Below, piece by piece: positions 29,201 through 38,210 of a stretch of DNA of 64,000 nucleotides. The stretch is taken from NCBI GenBank assembly GCA_965198005.1, contig CBDAOI010000004.1:1184001-1248000 (forward strand), read 5' to 3'. The position numbers were made by a program, and so were the translations under genes. Under the pieces are notes generated by a model that was not told the DNA's origin, made no database searches, and saw only the letters and a program-made list of their open reading frames with translations. This stretch comes from Spirochaetia bacterium. Its GTDB lineage: Bacteria; Spirochaetota; Spirochaetia; SZUA-6; Bin103. How positions within the stretch are numbered: the first letter of the stretch is position 1; the number at the start of each line of letters is the position of its first letter.

Positions 29201-29588
29201 GCCCTGGGCGGCGGTGCGTGCGGTGATTGAGGACGCGATCCGCGCCCACTGGGTCGAGCTCTCCGCCGACAGCGCCGCGTGGCCTTGTGATCTTGCCGGT
29301 GCCCGGCACGTGATCCTGAGAGTACCGACCGACCAAGAGTCGCGTGGCGGTAGTCGCCACTCTCGCCAGACACGGCCCGGGCTGCTCACAGCCGAGGCAG
29401 TCCTGGAAGCCAACGGCATCCAGGACCTCGCGGATCAGATTCCCGAAATCGCCAAGGCCGCTGTCGGCAACGACCTCAAGTTCAACATCCGCGTCGAGTT
29501 CGGCGGCAAGGACTCGCCCCCGGCCGAGGCGGTGGCGAGAATCAACGATCTGCTGTCCGACGTGTCGGACGCGCTGCGACTCCGGTGA
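26289..29588 (+). CDS. DUF499-family AAA+ ATPase
   Basis: PWHEVVQVRDDL...FAADLY...FFALTYPT...NYGGGKTHTL...VLLDEV...SYPFHPEL...FQRTRGILR. Confidence 0.9.
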   Translation: MSPWHEVVQVRDDLKSGELSLAVFAADLYDVVMQKGQRPVYEQPAQFFALTYPTLNLRELVKDVALRLAGQSDKAYRKLAVNYGGGKTHTLIALRHLVHAPHELPDLPAVREFEAHIGFKAPRARVAALCFDKIDIEKGVEIPGPDGKLRMLRYPWSVLAWQLAGSDGLRLLHAAGQDAERETPPAEPLLVKLLAKPQADDLSTLVLLDEVLTYLRVQVEVDPNWRGRSISFFQYLTQAVVKVDRCAMVASLLASDQRRHDALGNELLRDVSEVFGRQMEEDASPVSKEDVAQVLRRRFFTPESIRDQGVFRPHVAATVGSIADLDEQTAKERVAAEQRYLDSYPFHPELTEIFYTRWTQLDGFQRTRGILRTFAIALRDAERWDTSPLIGPNVFLNEPGTNDLAEAASELASFASVDTDGGAHQQWRPILEGELAKARAIQSDAVRLRHRELEQAVVAVFLSCQPIGQKALTPELMVLLGAAKPDRIELETGLQRWTEVSWFLDEAEVATRGDDSGATGELPKTWRLGNRPNLRQMHDDACRNRVPPTLVESQLVDAIERQRTLTSGASAAGARVHNLPARPRDVADDGAFHYVVLGPRAASDPGKPSAEARKVIDQTTTPDRPRVYRNAVVLAVPSRDGLEALRTRVRDYLGWEEVRAQLIDQPIDPLREQMLAAETAAARKRVPDAVRSAYCMVVTVSESDAIHAFRVVVSDQPLFTTIKADRRSRIQETAISSDAMLPGGPYDLWREDEQSRRVKDLVGAFAQFPKLPKMLRTREILDTVLDGVRNGIWVAQLARPDRTVRTFWRIGIDEPALDDAGLELVLPEAAKLSGLESDLLRQGNLPGLWSSDAISVQDVYDYFAGGREVSLPREGYEETLRVPACEPAHVEAAVLQAVEQGLLWLTSGPASILNEPVPTGVLSAAATLRPPPARMPVDEMMAESIPDAWRDGTTNALAVATALSTKHGATLPWAAVRAVIEDAIRAHWVELSADSAAWPCDLAGARHVILRVPTDQESRGGSRHSRQTRPGLLTAEAVLEANGIQDLADQIPEIAKAAVGNDLKFNIRVEFGGKDSPPAEAVARINDLLSDVSDALRLR

Positions 29589-29806
29589 GTCTCTACGCAG
29601 CTACTGCAGGTGGGTCAGCCCGGCGGGGCAACCCGGCGCCGCCGGCGGCACCGTTCGATGTTGCCGAGCCATCGCAAGAACGATACGATTACATGACGAG
29701 TTGCACGGAACGGTAAGTAGTCCATTATGATGGTCACGTCTGGAATTCTGGTTCTGGAAACTTGTCGTCTACAGGATGAACGAGTCGGTAAGACGAGTCT
29801 CGCATA

Positions 29807-30235
29807 ATGGCACCAGATATCCCTGATCAAGAACCGGACAACCGAGGAGTCGGCCAAGAACCCGCGCAGGAGTCGAAGGGGCGCCCCTCATTCTCCCGCC
29901 TGCTCAGGCCGTTGACCGACGATGAGATGTCAGCGTCGGGTGTGCAGAAGCTGCTCGTGGCGGAGATCGATCGGCTGGAAGAGGAGAATAGAGGACTCAA
30001 GGCAATCAGCAGGGAGTTCGGTGCTTCTCAGCGAAGGATCGGCATCCTGGAAGAGAAGCTCAAGAGCCACACAGCTCTCGATGTGATCTCCGGAGGTTGC
30101 ATAACGGTAGGTGGAGTGGCACTCGGTGCCATTCCAGCGCTGTCGTCTGTACAACCTTATGGTTTGGTCGCGGCAGGGTTCGGCATAACGCTGATCGCGG
30201 TTGGTTTCGTATCACAGGTGGTGAAACGGAGATGA
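29807..30235 (+). CDS. Hypothetical coiled-coil protein with two C-terminal TM helices
   Basis: EIDRLEEENRGLK...LEEKLK, then two hydrophobic segments and a KRR end. Confidence 0.7.
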   Translation: MAPDIPDQEPDNRGVGQEPAQESKGRPSFSRLLRPLTDDEMSASGVQKLLVAEIDRLEEENRGLKAISREFGASQRRIGILEEKLKSHTALDVISGGCITVGGVALGAIPALSSVQPYGLVAAGFGITLIAVGFVSQVVKRR

Positions 30236-30621
30236 AGGTCAGGGTAGACAGGATTCGGGATCCGGGCGTTCTCGATAAGGAACGGCTGGTGTTGAGAGTA
30301 CTCGCAACGACTGACATCGGTGACTACGTATTGCTCCGCACCAAGTATGATGCGGAGACCGTATTGGCAGGGAACTGTGATGCGTTCTGGTTTCCTTTCC
30401 GGGCCGTGTACAAGGACGACTTGGTGGTCGTCTACACGAAACCCGGAGTCATGAAGGAGAAAGTCTTGGAGGATGGCGTCAAGGCCCGCTTTTTTTACTG
30501 GGGTCTTGCGTATCCGATCTGGGATGCAGATGACCGGGGCGCGGTAATCCTTTACGCCCCTAACTGGGAAGACAAGCACCAGCACCTGATGCGCCAACCG
30601 TCGGCAAGCGCTACGACGTAG
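30232..30621 (+). CDS. Hypothetical beta-rich protein, lamin-tail-domain-like
   Basis: ATGA-coupled to the previous gene; ERLVLRV...DIGDYVL...FWFP...DDLVVVYTKPG...FFYWGL..PIWD. Confidence 0.65.
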   Translation: MKVRVDRIRDPGVLDKERLVLRVLATTDIGDYVLLRTKYDAETVLAGNCDAFWFPFRAVYKDDLVVVYTKPGVMKEKVLEDGVKARFFYWGLAYPIWDADDRGAVILYAPNWEDKHQHLMRQPSASATT

Positions 30622-30638
30622 CCGAGAACGGCCGCCAC

Positions 30639-31763
30639 GCCCGGCAGCTTGGCGTGCGCCGGATGCAGGTACAGGGACTCGTGGGCTTGCATGATGCGTT
30701 GCGGTTCGCCGTGCCGGGTCGCGCAGCAGCAGGTCCATCGAGCCGACCCGTCATGGCTGGGACAGCAGCGTCCTGGATGAGATGCACGAGAACATCACCG
30801 AGAAGCTGCGCGACTTCTGGGACGCGGGGATACGCGGGCCGGACTTCGTGTGGGCGGCAACCGGCCCGGCGCTCGAAGCGTTCAGCAAGTACCCGGCGGT
30901 CAAGAAGGCGAACGCCCGGAACCAGCTCATGACCGTCTCGGAGTTCCTGCGCGAGGTGCGGCGGATGGTGGTCGACTTCGTCGTCGGACGTGTGCTGACC
31001 CGCGACGACGGCAAGGAAGCGGCACCCGGCCTCGACGACGTAACCACCTATTACTTGCTGCATCGTAACGACTTCGGCATGGGTGAGGCGCCGGTGGGGG
31101 GCTGCATCCTCTATGCGCTGTCTTGCAACCTCTCCGACACGGCGCTGGTCAACCAGCACGACCTACTGGCGCAGTCGGGACGCGGGGCTGCGGAAGAGTC
31201 CGAGGACGATGATCCGGTAGGGGACAAGGAACGGTCTCAGGGCGGTGGCGCTAAGGTCAAGCTCAAGCCGTGGAGCCGGAGGCGGGGCCGCAACCTCGGC
31301 GTGGAAGGGCCGGGCGGGCGGCCACCATCGCTCATCGACCAAGTGCACCGGTTGATGCACCTGTGGCGAGCCGGAGACCACGTCAAGGTCGACGCCGAAC
31401 GAGAGACGCCGCCGGCCGAACCCCTCCTGGTGGAGTTGCTGGCGAAGCCGCAAGCCGACGATCTCTCCACGCTGGTGCTGCTCGACGAGGTGTTGACGTA
31501 CCTCCGCGTGCAGGTCGAAGTGGATCCGAGCTGGCGCGGCAGGTCGATCAGCTTCTTCCAGTACCGCCGAGGCTGTTCTGGAGGCCAACGGCATCCAGGA
31601 CCTGGCAGACCAGATTCCTGAAATCGCCAAGGCCGCCGTCGGCAACGACCTGAAGTTCAACGTGCGCGTCGAGTTCGGCGGCGAGGAGCCTCCCTCAGCC
31701 GAGGCCGTCGAAAAAATCAACGAGCTACTGGCCGAGGTGCCGGGTATGCCGCAACTTCAATGA
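30639..31763. pseudogene. Mosaic of shards: Uma2 paralog, DUF1156 C-terminus, two DUF499 pieces
   Basis: 30639-30745 resembles 11137-11241; about 30750-31392 resembles 24755-25400; about 31391-31564 resembles 26820-26994; about 31566-31763 resembles the DUF499 end. All are diverged copies. Confidence 0.85.
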
Positions 31764-31912
31764 GGTCTGTGGACGGCGTACGATCGCATCGACGCGGACA
31801 GGGGCGGTCCGTGGTGACCGTGGTGACGACTATCTGGCCGATCCAAGGCTGATGGTGTATGCAAGTTGCCGAAGTGGATCACCTCTTTCCGCGGCGGTCG
31901 TCGCAGGCGCGA

Positions 31913-32920
31913 CTACTGCATCTCCCGCACTTGGCGGCCCTCGGGCGCGCGTCGGCGTGAGCCGAGCGGGATGACGTTGCCGGCGGAGATCGTTTCGTTC
32001 TCGGGGAGCGGCGTTTCACCTTTCTGCGCACCGAGGGCGGCGACGCTGGAGACGCCCTGCAGCTTGTCGGTGGCTTCGACCGGCTCCAGTTCGCTGTAGT
32101 AGTCGAACCAGGGCAGCCCCGCTTCCGCGTAGTGGGCGGCGGTCGGCGGTCTGTCGGGTGGGCGCTCACCGGTGATTGCCCGCCACTGCCGGGAGTTGAC
32201 GATGCTGACGAAGCAGCGGCTGGAGTGCCGCTGGTCCCAGGCGTCCAGGCCGTACGGATCGTCGTAGATCTCCTGCCGCATGCGCCCGCCAGGGGCCAGG
32301 CCCATCTCGCTCGCCGCCATCGGACTGTGAACGACGCTGTAGTCGCATTCGCCTCGCAACTCCTCCGATTCCCGCTGCATCTGCTCGTAGCGTTCTCGCT
32401 TCATGGGAAAGGCGATGAGCTGCAGGCCGCCGTGCTCGGCAGCGCCGGTGAGCTGTTCTTCGACCGTGTAGCCGGCGCCGAACGGCATGGCCACGAACTG
32501 TCGGATCACGCCCTGTTCGATGCAGTAGCCGTCGAGCCACGGCTGCTCCGGCACCACCAGGTAGTCCTGCGGGTCGCGGTTCAGCCGCTCGACCCAGGCG
32601 TCTCCCGTCACGGCGCAGATCTTGCCGGTGGCGACCTTGATCGCGAACGGATAGCCGGTAGGGCAACCGAAGTCGAGCCACGTCGCCTCGGCCTGATGCA
32701 TCGGCAGCAGCACGCCGCCGCGTTGTCGCCATGCGGCCGGGAGCCGGTCCGCGTAGTCGTCCACGTGGCGTAGCGGAAACCTGCCGAGGCCGGGCGGCAG
32801 CGGGTAGTCGCTGCCGTCGTCGGGAATGCGCAGCGTGCGCTGGAAGTCGAGCGCGCAGGTGGCGTCCGGGCGGACCTCCGGGAACCGGAACGTCAGCCGG
32901 TCGGATTCGAGCGTTATCAT
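31913..32920 (-). CDS. Conserved-looking hypothetical protein (FQRTLRIPDD family)
   Basis: FQRTLRIPDDG..YPLPPGLGRFPL...QDYLVVPEQPWLDG...RQFVAMP.G.GYTVEEQLTG...MGLAPGGRMRQEIYDDP...GLPWFDYY. Confidence 0.8.
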   Translation of the reverse strand: MITLESDRLTFRFPEVRPDATCALDFQRTLRIPDDGSDYPLPPGLGRFPLRHVDDYADRLPAAWRQRGGVLLPMHQAEATWLDFGCPTGYPFAIKVATGKICAVTGDAWVERLNRDPQDYLVVPEQPWLDGYCIEQGVIRQFVAMPFGAGYTVEEQLTGAAEHGGLQLIAFPMKRERYEQMQRESEELRGECDYSVVHSPMAASEMGLAPGGRMRQEIYDDPYGLDAWDQRHSSRCFVSIVNSRQWRAITGERPPDRPPTAAHYAEAGLPWFDYYSELEPVEATDKLQGVSSVAALGAQKGETPLPENETISAGNVIPLGSRRRAPEGRQVREMQ

Positions 32921-32960
32921 CTATCGAGTATCCTCCATCTTTTCGATCCCTTCGATTTGC

Positions 32961-33317
32961 TCATCTCCAGCCACCGTCGCGTACCTCACGCACCACGCGC
33001 AGGACGGCGTGATCCGGCGCCTCGCGGAGCTGGCGCAGCAACTCGGCGAACAGCTTCGGCCGGCGGCGGATGATCTCCTGCAGATCGCCCGAGACCTTGC
33101 CGCCGAGCGCCAGCAGTACGTCCGGGTCCTCGCCCAGCTCCCGTGCCAGCCGCTTGGTCGTCGCTTCCGAGGGCGGGCCGACGTCACCACGCTCTATCTT
33201 GCTCAGATAGGCCGGCTCCACCCCGATCCGCTGCGCCACTTGGCGCAGAGAGTAGCGACGGTCACTGCGCCGCAGCTCTTCGCGGGCTGTTCTGACGGCG
33301 ACTCCAAAATGAGTCAT
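32961..33317 (-). CDS. XRE-family HTH regulator
   Basis: YSLRQVAQRIGVEPAYLSKIERG. Confidence 0.88.
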   Translation of the reverse strand: MTHFGVAVRTAREELRRSDRRYSLRQVAQRIGVEPAYLSKIERGDVGPPSEATTKRLARELGEDPDVLLALGGKVSGDLQEIIRRRPKLFAELLRQLREAPDHAVLRVVREVRDGGWR

Positions 33318-33558
33318 GTGTCATAAACATAACACAACACGACTGCCGCGTCAACCGGATTGGGAAGGCCGAGGATGCTCTCGCCGTCGCCCTCAGTTTC
33401 TACGTCGATGGCCGCAGAGACATCCCCGTGCCGAGTGACGTGGTGGCCGGCCAGGAGTTGCGTGTCTTCGTGATGCGATCGATGAAGGTCGCGATTGTCC
33501 TTTCTCCTTTCTGTGGTTACTTTCCGATTCACGATTGTCAGGGCGTAAGGAGAACACT

Positions 33559-34011
33559 ATGATTCGAGGCATCCATCACACAGGCATTTCCACCCCCAAC
33601 CTTGAGCGCGCGATTGAGTTCTACTCGGGATTGCTCGGTTTCAAGGTGATCCACCGGTTTGAGTGGGAGGCAGGCGCGAAACACTTCGACGACATCACCG
33701 GGCTCAAGAACTCAGCAGCCCGGGCGGTGTTTCTGTTGCAGGACAACGCATTCATCGAGATCTTCGAATACTCGGCTCCCACACCCACTCCGGCGCAACC
33801 GGACCGCCCCGTCTGTGATTATGGCGTTACGCACGTCGCCTTGATAGTCGACGACGTCCAAGCCGAGTACGATCGCCTGAAGGCGCTCGGGGTACCATTT
33901 CACGCTCCGCCGCGCGAGGATTTTCGTGCCGTCTATGGACGTGACCCGGATGGCAACGTTTTCGAGTTGATGGAAGTCCCGGCTGACAGCAAGATCGCCC
34001 TGGATTCCTAA
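33559..34011 (+). CDS. VOC/glyoxalase family protein
   Basis: IHHTGIS...IEIFEY...GVTHVALIVDDV...YGRDPDGNVFELME. Confidence 0.9.
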   Translation: MIRGIHHTGISTPNLERAIEFYSGLLGFKVIHRFEWEAGAKHFDDITGLKNSAARAVFLLQDNAFIEIFEYSAPTPTPAQPDRPVCDYGVTHVALIVDDVQAEYDRLKALGVPFHAPPREDFRAVYGRDPDGNVFELMEVPADSKIALDS

Positions 34012-34484
34012 CAGGCCGCTGTCGGACGGCTCCAAGATATCCGTCTCGGTCACCGTGCTGTCGATCCGCACCTGCGTACCCGATTCGATCGCCGCTTGGC
34101 GTCAAGCAACAGGACCCCGTTGATGGTGCGCCAACCCTCCGCGTCAATTGCGCTGATAGCACTCTGCAGCGCCGACTTCTTCGGCACCCGGAACGGATCA
34201 ACCCGCGCAAAGCGCTGCATGGAGGCGGAATCGAGCAGCGCGAACTCCAACTCCCGATAGGAGTAGCCCATCAGATGCTTGAGCATCGCACAGCGCAGAA
34301 TGGTCTCACAGGTCAGGCCATGGCGACCGCAGGTGGTGGAGCCAGCAACGCAACGGCTGATCGTATCGAGCAACTCGGGGTGCTGATCGAGCCATGCCGA
34401 AGCGCGTTCCAGTTCGGCGGCGACGGGGTGGACAACCTCGGGCGCTTGAAATACGCTGGGTTGCACGGTGCGGCTGTTGCGCAT
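34008..34484 (-). pseudogene. ISNCY/IS5-like transposase N-terminal fragment
   Basis: GRHGLTCETILRCAMLK...YSYRELEF.L.DS..., then frameshifted VRIDSTVTETDILEPSDSGLL; truncated at the VOC stop. Confidence 0.75.
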
Positions 34485-36027
34485 CGTAACCTCCGGTGTT
34501 TCGGTTGTTGTTGGTCTCGATGATAGCCGAAACACCGTTTTCTTGTCCATCCACCAGGATCAATTCATGCCCATTCAACAACTTGCGGGTTTACGGACAG
34601 GAACTAGCGAGCGCTCGCTCGATCTGCACCACCCTCCATTTCCTTTTTTTGGGGGCCCCAACCGCAGTGCGTCCGATCCACCATGGGCACGGGCGCCCGT
34701 GTGCGGGACCAGACGAGCGTCCTGTCGCTGGGTCTTCTAAGAATCGCTTGCACTAGTAGGCTGGGCTGCGGGCGGTGGCGGCGCGGTCAATACGGAGCCA
34801 GCGGTGCCGGGAATCGGCGTTGACGGGTGTTGCAGGGGGTACCCCCAGGCTACCCCCGAGGGGCTGGAAGGCCGTCAGCGGGCCGCTGTGAGGCCGACGT
34901 GGACGGTGAACGGCCTGCGGACGGCCACATCGCCGGCGAATGACGGCTCCGGAGGGGCGATGCGCCCGAGTCGGCGCCGCGAGGGGCTCTCGGCTGCCGC
35001 GGCTGCCCGAAAGAAATCTCAAGAAACCTTCAATTCGCCAGTTTTCCTGTTGACGTGTTTGCCGCAGGGGTGGCATAGTAAAAGGCCTCAGGTTTGAACG
35101 GATGCAAGATGGCTGAAAACACTACTCAGCGCTGCCACCGGTTAGCGGCAACGCACCCGACGCGTCCTATCTTCAGGCCATCAACTGCCGTTCACCGAGA
35201 ATTGCTGGGCCGATTCGTGGTTGACGTCCTCGGGAGCGGAGGTTATGATAGGGTGGGATGCAGTCAATCGCGACCTCGCGACTACATCTGGGTATGGGTA
35301 TGGCTGTGCCTCACCTGCGGAGGGCTTGAGTGACTTATAACACGTCAACGCTTATGACACTCTGTTCCCCTGAGAGCCGCTCGCCGAGAATTGCTGAAAA
35401 TCAGCTCGCGGCGCGCGTGCTTAATGGTGAGGAGTCCCCTCCGAGACAACTAACCGCTCCGGCTGATTGGCGCGTACGCGACCCCGCGCACGCCGTTGCC
35501 TCCACCGCCGCTGTACCTATCGGTGGCGCCGGCTCGGTCCATCGTCGAACCGGCATGCGGGCCGCCAGCGCCCTTCCCGGCGACCGTAACCGTCCCGGAT
35601 CCTCGCCTGCGACTGACTGCCGGCAAAACCCACCGCCGGCGTCGCCGGTCAATCAGACTCGCTGCTTCGCCGACCACCACCCAGTGTGGGGTTGTGACGC
35701 AGGTGCCGACGTCCGCCGAGCGGACGGTGCTTGCATGATGGGGCGCGCACGCGCTGCGCGCAGCGCACCCCACAACACGGCAAGCACCCAGACCAGGCCT
35801 ATTCTCTGTCAATTGCCGAAACCTACAGAAAATGGAATGGAGGTGCAAAATGATACTCAAAGAACCTTACGCGCGCGCGGCGTGAACCCGGCTGAGTCAC
35901 ACGCCGCGCGCTGTTAGTGAATTTGACTCTGTCTGGCCGTCCGCGTTGCGGGCCCGAGAGTAGCCAGGGAGCGCACGTCGCTACGCAATACTCTCAAGAT
36001 AACATTCAAGGAAGCAAGGAAGAAACG

Positions 36028-37836
36028 ATGAAGATATTTTTTGCAAGGACCTTCGCGGTTGCGTTGGTCCTGGTGCTGACCGCAACCGGCCTCTGGGCCG
36101 CCGGCGGCGCAGATACGGAGCCGGCAGCGGCGGCCGAGAAAGAAATGGTGCTTGACCCGTCCACCGGCAAGATGGTGACCGCGCCAGAGTATGGCGGGAC
36201 AATAACCTATGGCCGGGTCAGTTGGGCTGCGCATTCTGATGTCTGGTACATTAGTGGCTGGGCGAGCCATAACATCGGTTTGGTCAATGAGGCGCTCGGC
36301 ATCGGGAACTGGGCAATAGATAGGAGTGAATGGGACTGGCGGCTCTTAGCAGACACACCTCCATCTGCCTGGAAAGGCGCACTGGCGGAAAGCTGGGAAA
36401 CGCCCGACGATACAACCATCATCTTCAACATCCGCCAGGGCGTTCACTGGCATGACAAGGCACCGATGAACGGTCGGGAGCTGACTGCGAAGGATGTCGA
36501 ATACAACTGGCAGCGTTTATTGGGGCTGGGCAAGTTCAGTGAAGCCGGACCCAGCCTGATGGCAGGTGGCTTCCCGCCACAGGATTTCGAGTCGGTAACG
36601 GCCACCGACGATTGGACGGTCGTTTTCAAGCTGAACAAGCCAAACTTGAACGCCCTGAAGAATCTTCTCGGCCAGTGGATTGCTGTGATATACCCTCCGG
36701 AGGTCATCGAGGAACACGGCGACTACAAGGATTGGCGGAACACGGTGGGCACCGGACCCTATGAGCTGACGGACCTGGTCGCAGAGAGCTCCAGGACCTG
36801 GACCAAGAATCCTGACTACTGGGCCTACGACGAAAAATACCCGGAGAACCGCTTGCCCTATGTTGACAAGGTAATAGCCTTGTTGATGCCAGAACCGGCA
36901 ACCCGTCTGGCGGCACTGCGCGCGGGTACGATTGATCTGCTGGGCACGGCCGGCGACTCTCAATTAAGGTCTATCGACGAGGTAGAGAGCCTCCGACGGA
37001 CCGACCCCGACATTGAGCTGTGGGAGTATAAGTATCGGTCCGACAACTTCATGATGCTCGTCGGTCTGCACAGACCGCCCTGGAACGACATCCGAGTGCG
37101 CCAGGCGATGCAGATGGCACTGGACCTCGAGACCATTGTGAACACCTACTATAAGGGTGTTGGCAATGCGACTCCGCAGGGACATTTAGCCAATGATGCG
37201 CCGGGGGTTGGCACGCCATTTGAGGAGTGGCCCGAAGAGGTCAAGGCAACCTACAGGTATGACCCGGAACGCGCCGAAGCGTTGCTTGATGCGGCTGGGC
37301 TTACCCGCGGCGCGGACGGCATTAGATACACGACCAGCATGGCCTACTATGAACGGTACGATAAGAATTATGCAGAACTGGTCGCGGGATACTGGCGTGA
37401 GATTGGCGTAGAGATCAAGACGATAGACATTATGGATGGTGCACGAAGACGTGCGGCCACACAACCTGATGAGGAAACCTACAGAACGACCAACTACGGG
37501 GCAGCGGCCGTGAGGTATGCTATCCCCGCGATTATGGGGGGATTTCATTCAGATGCCGGCTGGCTATCCCCGAAAGACCCCGAATTTGATGCCTTGTTTG
37601 ACGCCGCCGTAGCCGCTACCACCCTTGAGGAGCAGCAGAGGCTGGCCAAAGAAGCAAATATGATATTGATAGAGAAGCACTGGATCATAGCTGGTCCCGA
37701 AATCCCACAGTTCCAAGCTTGGCAGCCGTGGCTCAAAGGCTATAACGCCGAAATGAGAATAGGAGATGGTGAAACCCAGACAGTCTTAGCCCGCCTCTGG
37801 ATTGACCAGGATCTGAAGGAAGCAATGGGTTATTAG
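36028..37836 (+). CDS. ABC transporter family-5 (Opp/Dpp-like) substrate-binding protein
   Basis: Signal peptide; LAESWE.PD...GVHWHDKAPMNGRELTA.DV...VGTGPY...DIRVRQAMQMALD. Confidence 0.92.
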   Translation: MKIFFARTFAVALVLVLTATGLWAAGGADTEPAAAAEKEMVLDPSTGKMVTAPEYGGTITYGRVSWAAHSDVWYISGWASHNIGLVNEALGIGNWAIDRSEWDWRLLADTPPSAWKGALAESWETPDDTTIIFNIRQGVHWHDKAPMNGRELTAKDVEYNWQRLLGLGKFSEAGPSLMAGGFPPQDFESVTATDDWTVVFKLNKPNLNALKNLLGQWIAVIYPPEVIEEHGDYKDWRNTVGTGPYELTDLVAESSRTWTKNPDYWAYDEKYPENRLPYVDKVIALLMPEPATRLAALRAGTIDLLGTAGDSQLRSIDEVESLRRTDPDIELWEYKYRSDNFMMLVGLHRPPWNDIRVRQAMQMALDLETIVNTYYKGVGNATPQGHLANDAPGVGTPFEEWPEEVKATYRYDPERAEALLDAAGLTRGADGIRYTTSMAYYERYDKNYAELVAGYWREIGVEIKTIDIMDGARRRAATQPDEETYRTTNYGAAAVRYAIPAIMGGFHSDAGWLSPKDPEFDALFDAAVAATTLEEQQRLAKEANMILIEKHWIIAGPEIPQFQAWQPWLKGYNAEMRIGDGETQTVLARLWIDQDLKEAMGY

Positions 37837-37922
37837 GGGTATACTGGTTGGTCGCATCGTAGCTCCTGGTCACGCCACCGTGGCGAGCCCTGTACTTGTG
37901 AGGCGATGACTTGGGCGAACTT

Positions 37923-37959
37923 GTTGTGGGATGGCGGCCGAAACCCGCCATCCCACAAC
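37923..37959. terminator. 15-bp stem hairpin after the binding-protein gene (terminator or mRNA stabiliser)
   Basis: GTTGTGGGATGGCGG-N7-CCGCCATCCCACAAC. Confidence 0.5.
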
Positions 37960-38040
37960 TATTGATGCCAATTTGTCGAGCTGGAATTTCTCTTATTAGG
38001 TCAAAGTTTATTGGATCAAAGTATTGAAAAATGGCAAACT

Positions 38041-38122
38041 TGCCATTCTGGGCGACGACCCGGAAGCCAGAAAACGCAACCCTTTGAAATTACTCCGGAT
38101 TCCCGCTTTCGCGGGAATGACA
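38041..38122. repeat. dRS3-like palindromic element
   Basis: ATTCCC-N8-GGGAAT(GAC) at 38099-38121, with a degenerate inverted partner near 38041-38070. Confidence 0.5.
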
Positions 38123-38210
38123 GAGGCTTTCAACCCGTAATTCGCGTCATGGTAGGAAATCGACGGGAAGAGATTTCAATTCCAGTCCGACGAATGATGG
38201 GCTGAATCAC

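Noticed and set aside
14273-29588. BREX or DISARM call
   Set aside because: No pglZ, brxL or drmAB-like genes; the content fits a DUF499/DUF1156 restriction-like system.
3800-34800. attR copy of the tRNA 3' end, or an integrase
   Set aside because: None found by eye, so a site-specific integrative element is not supported.
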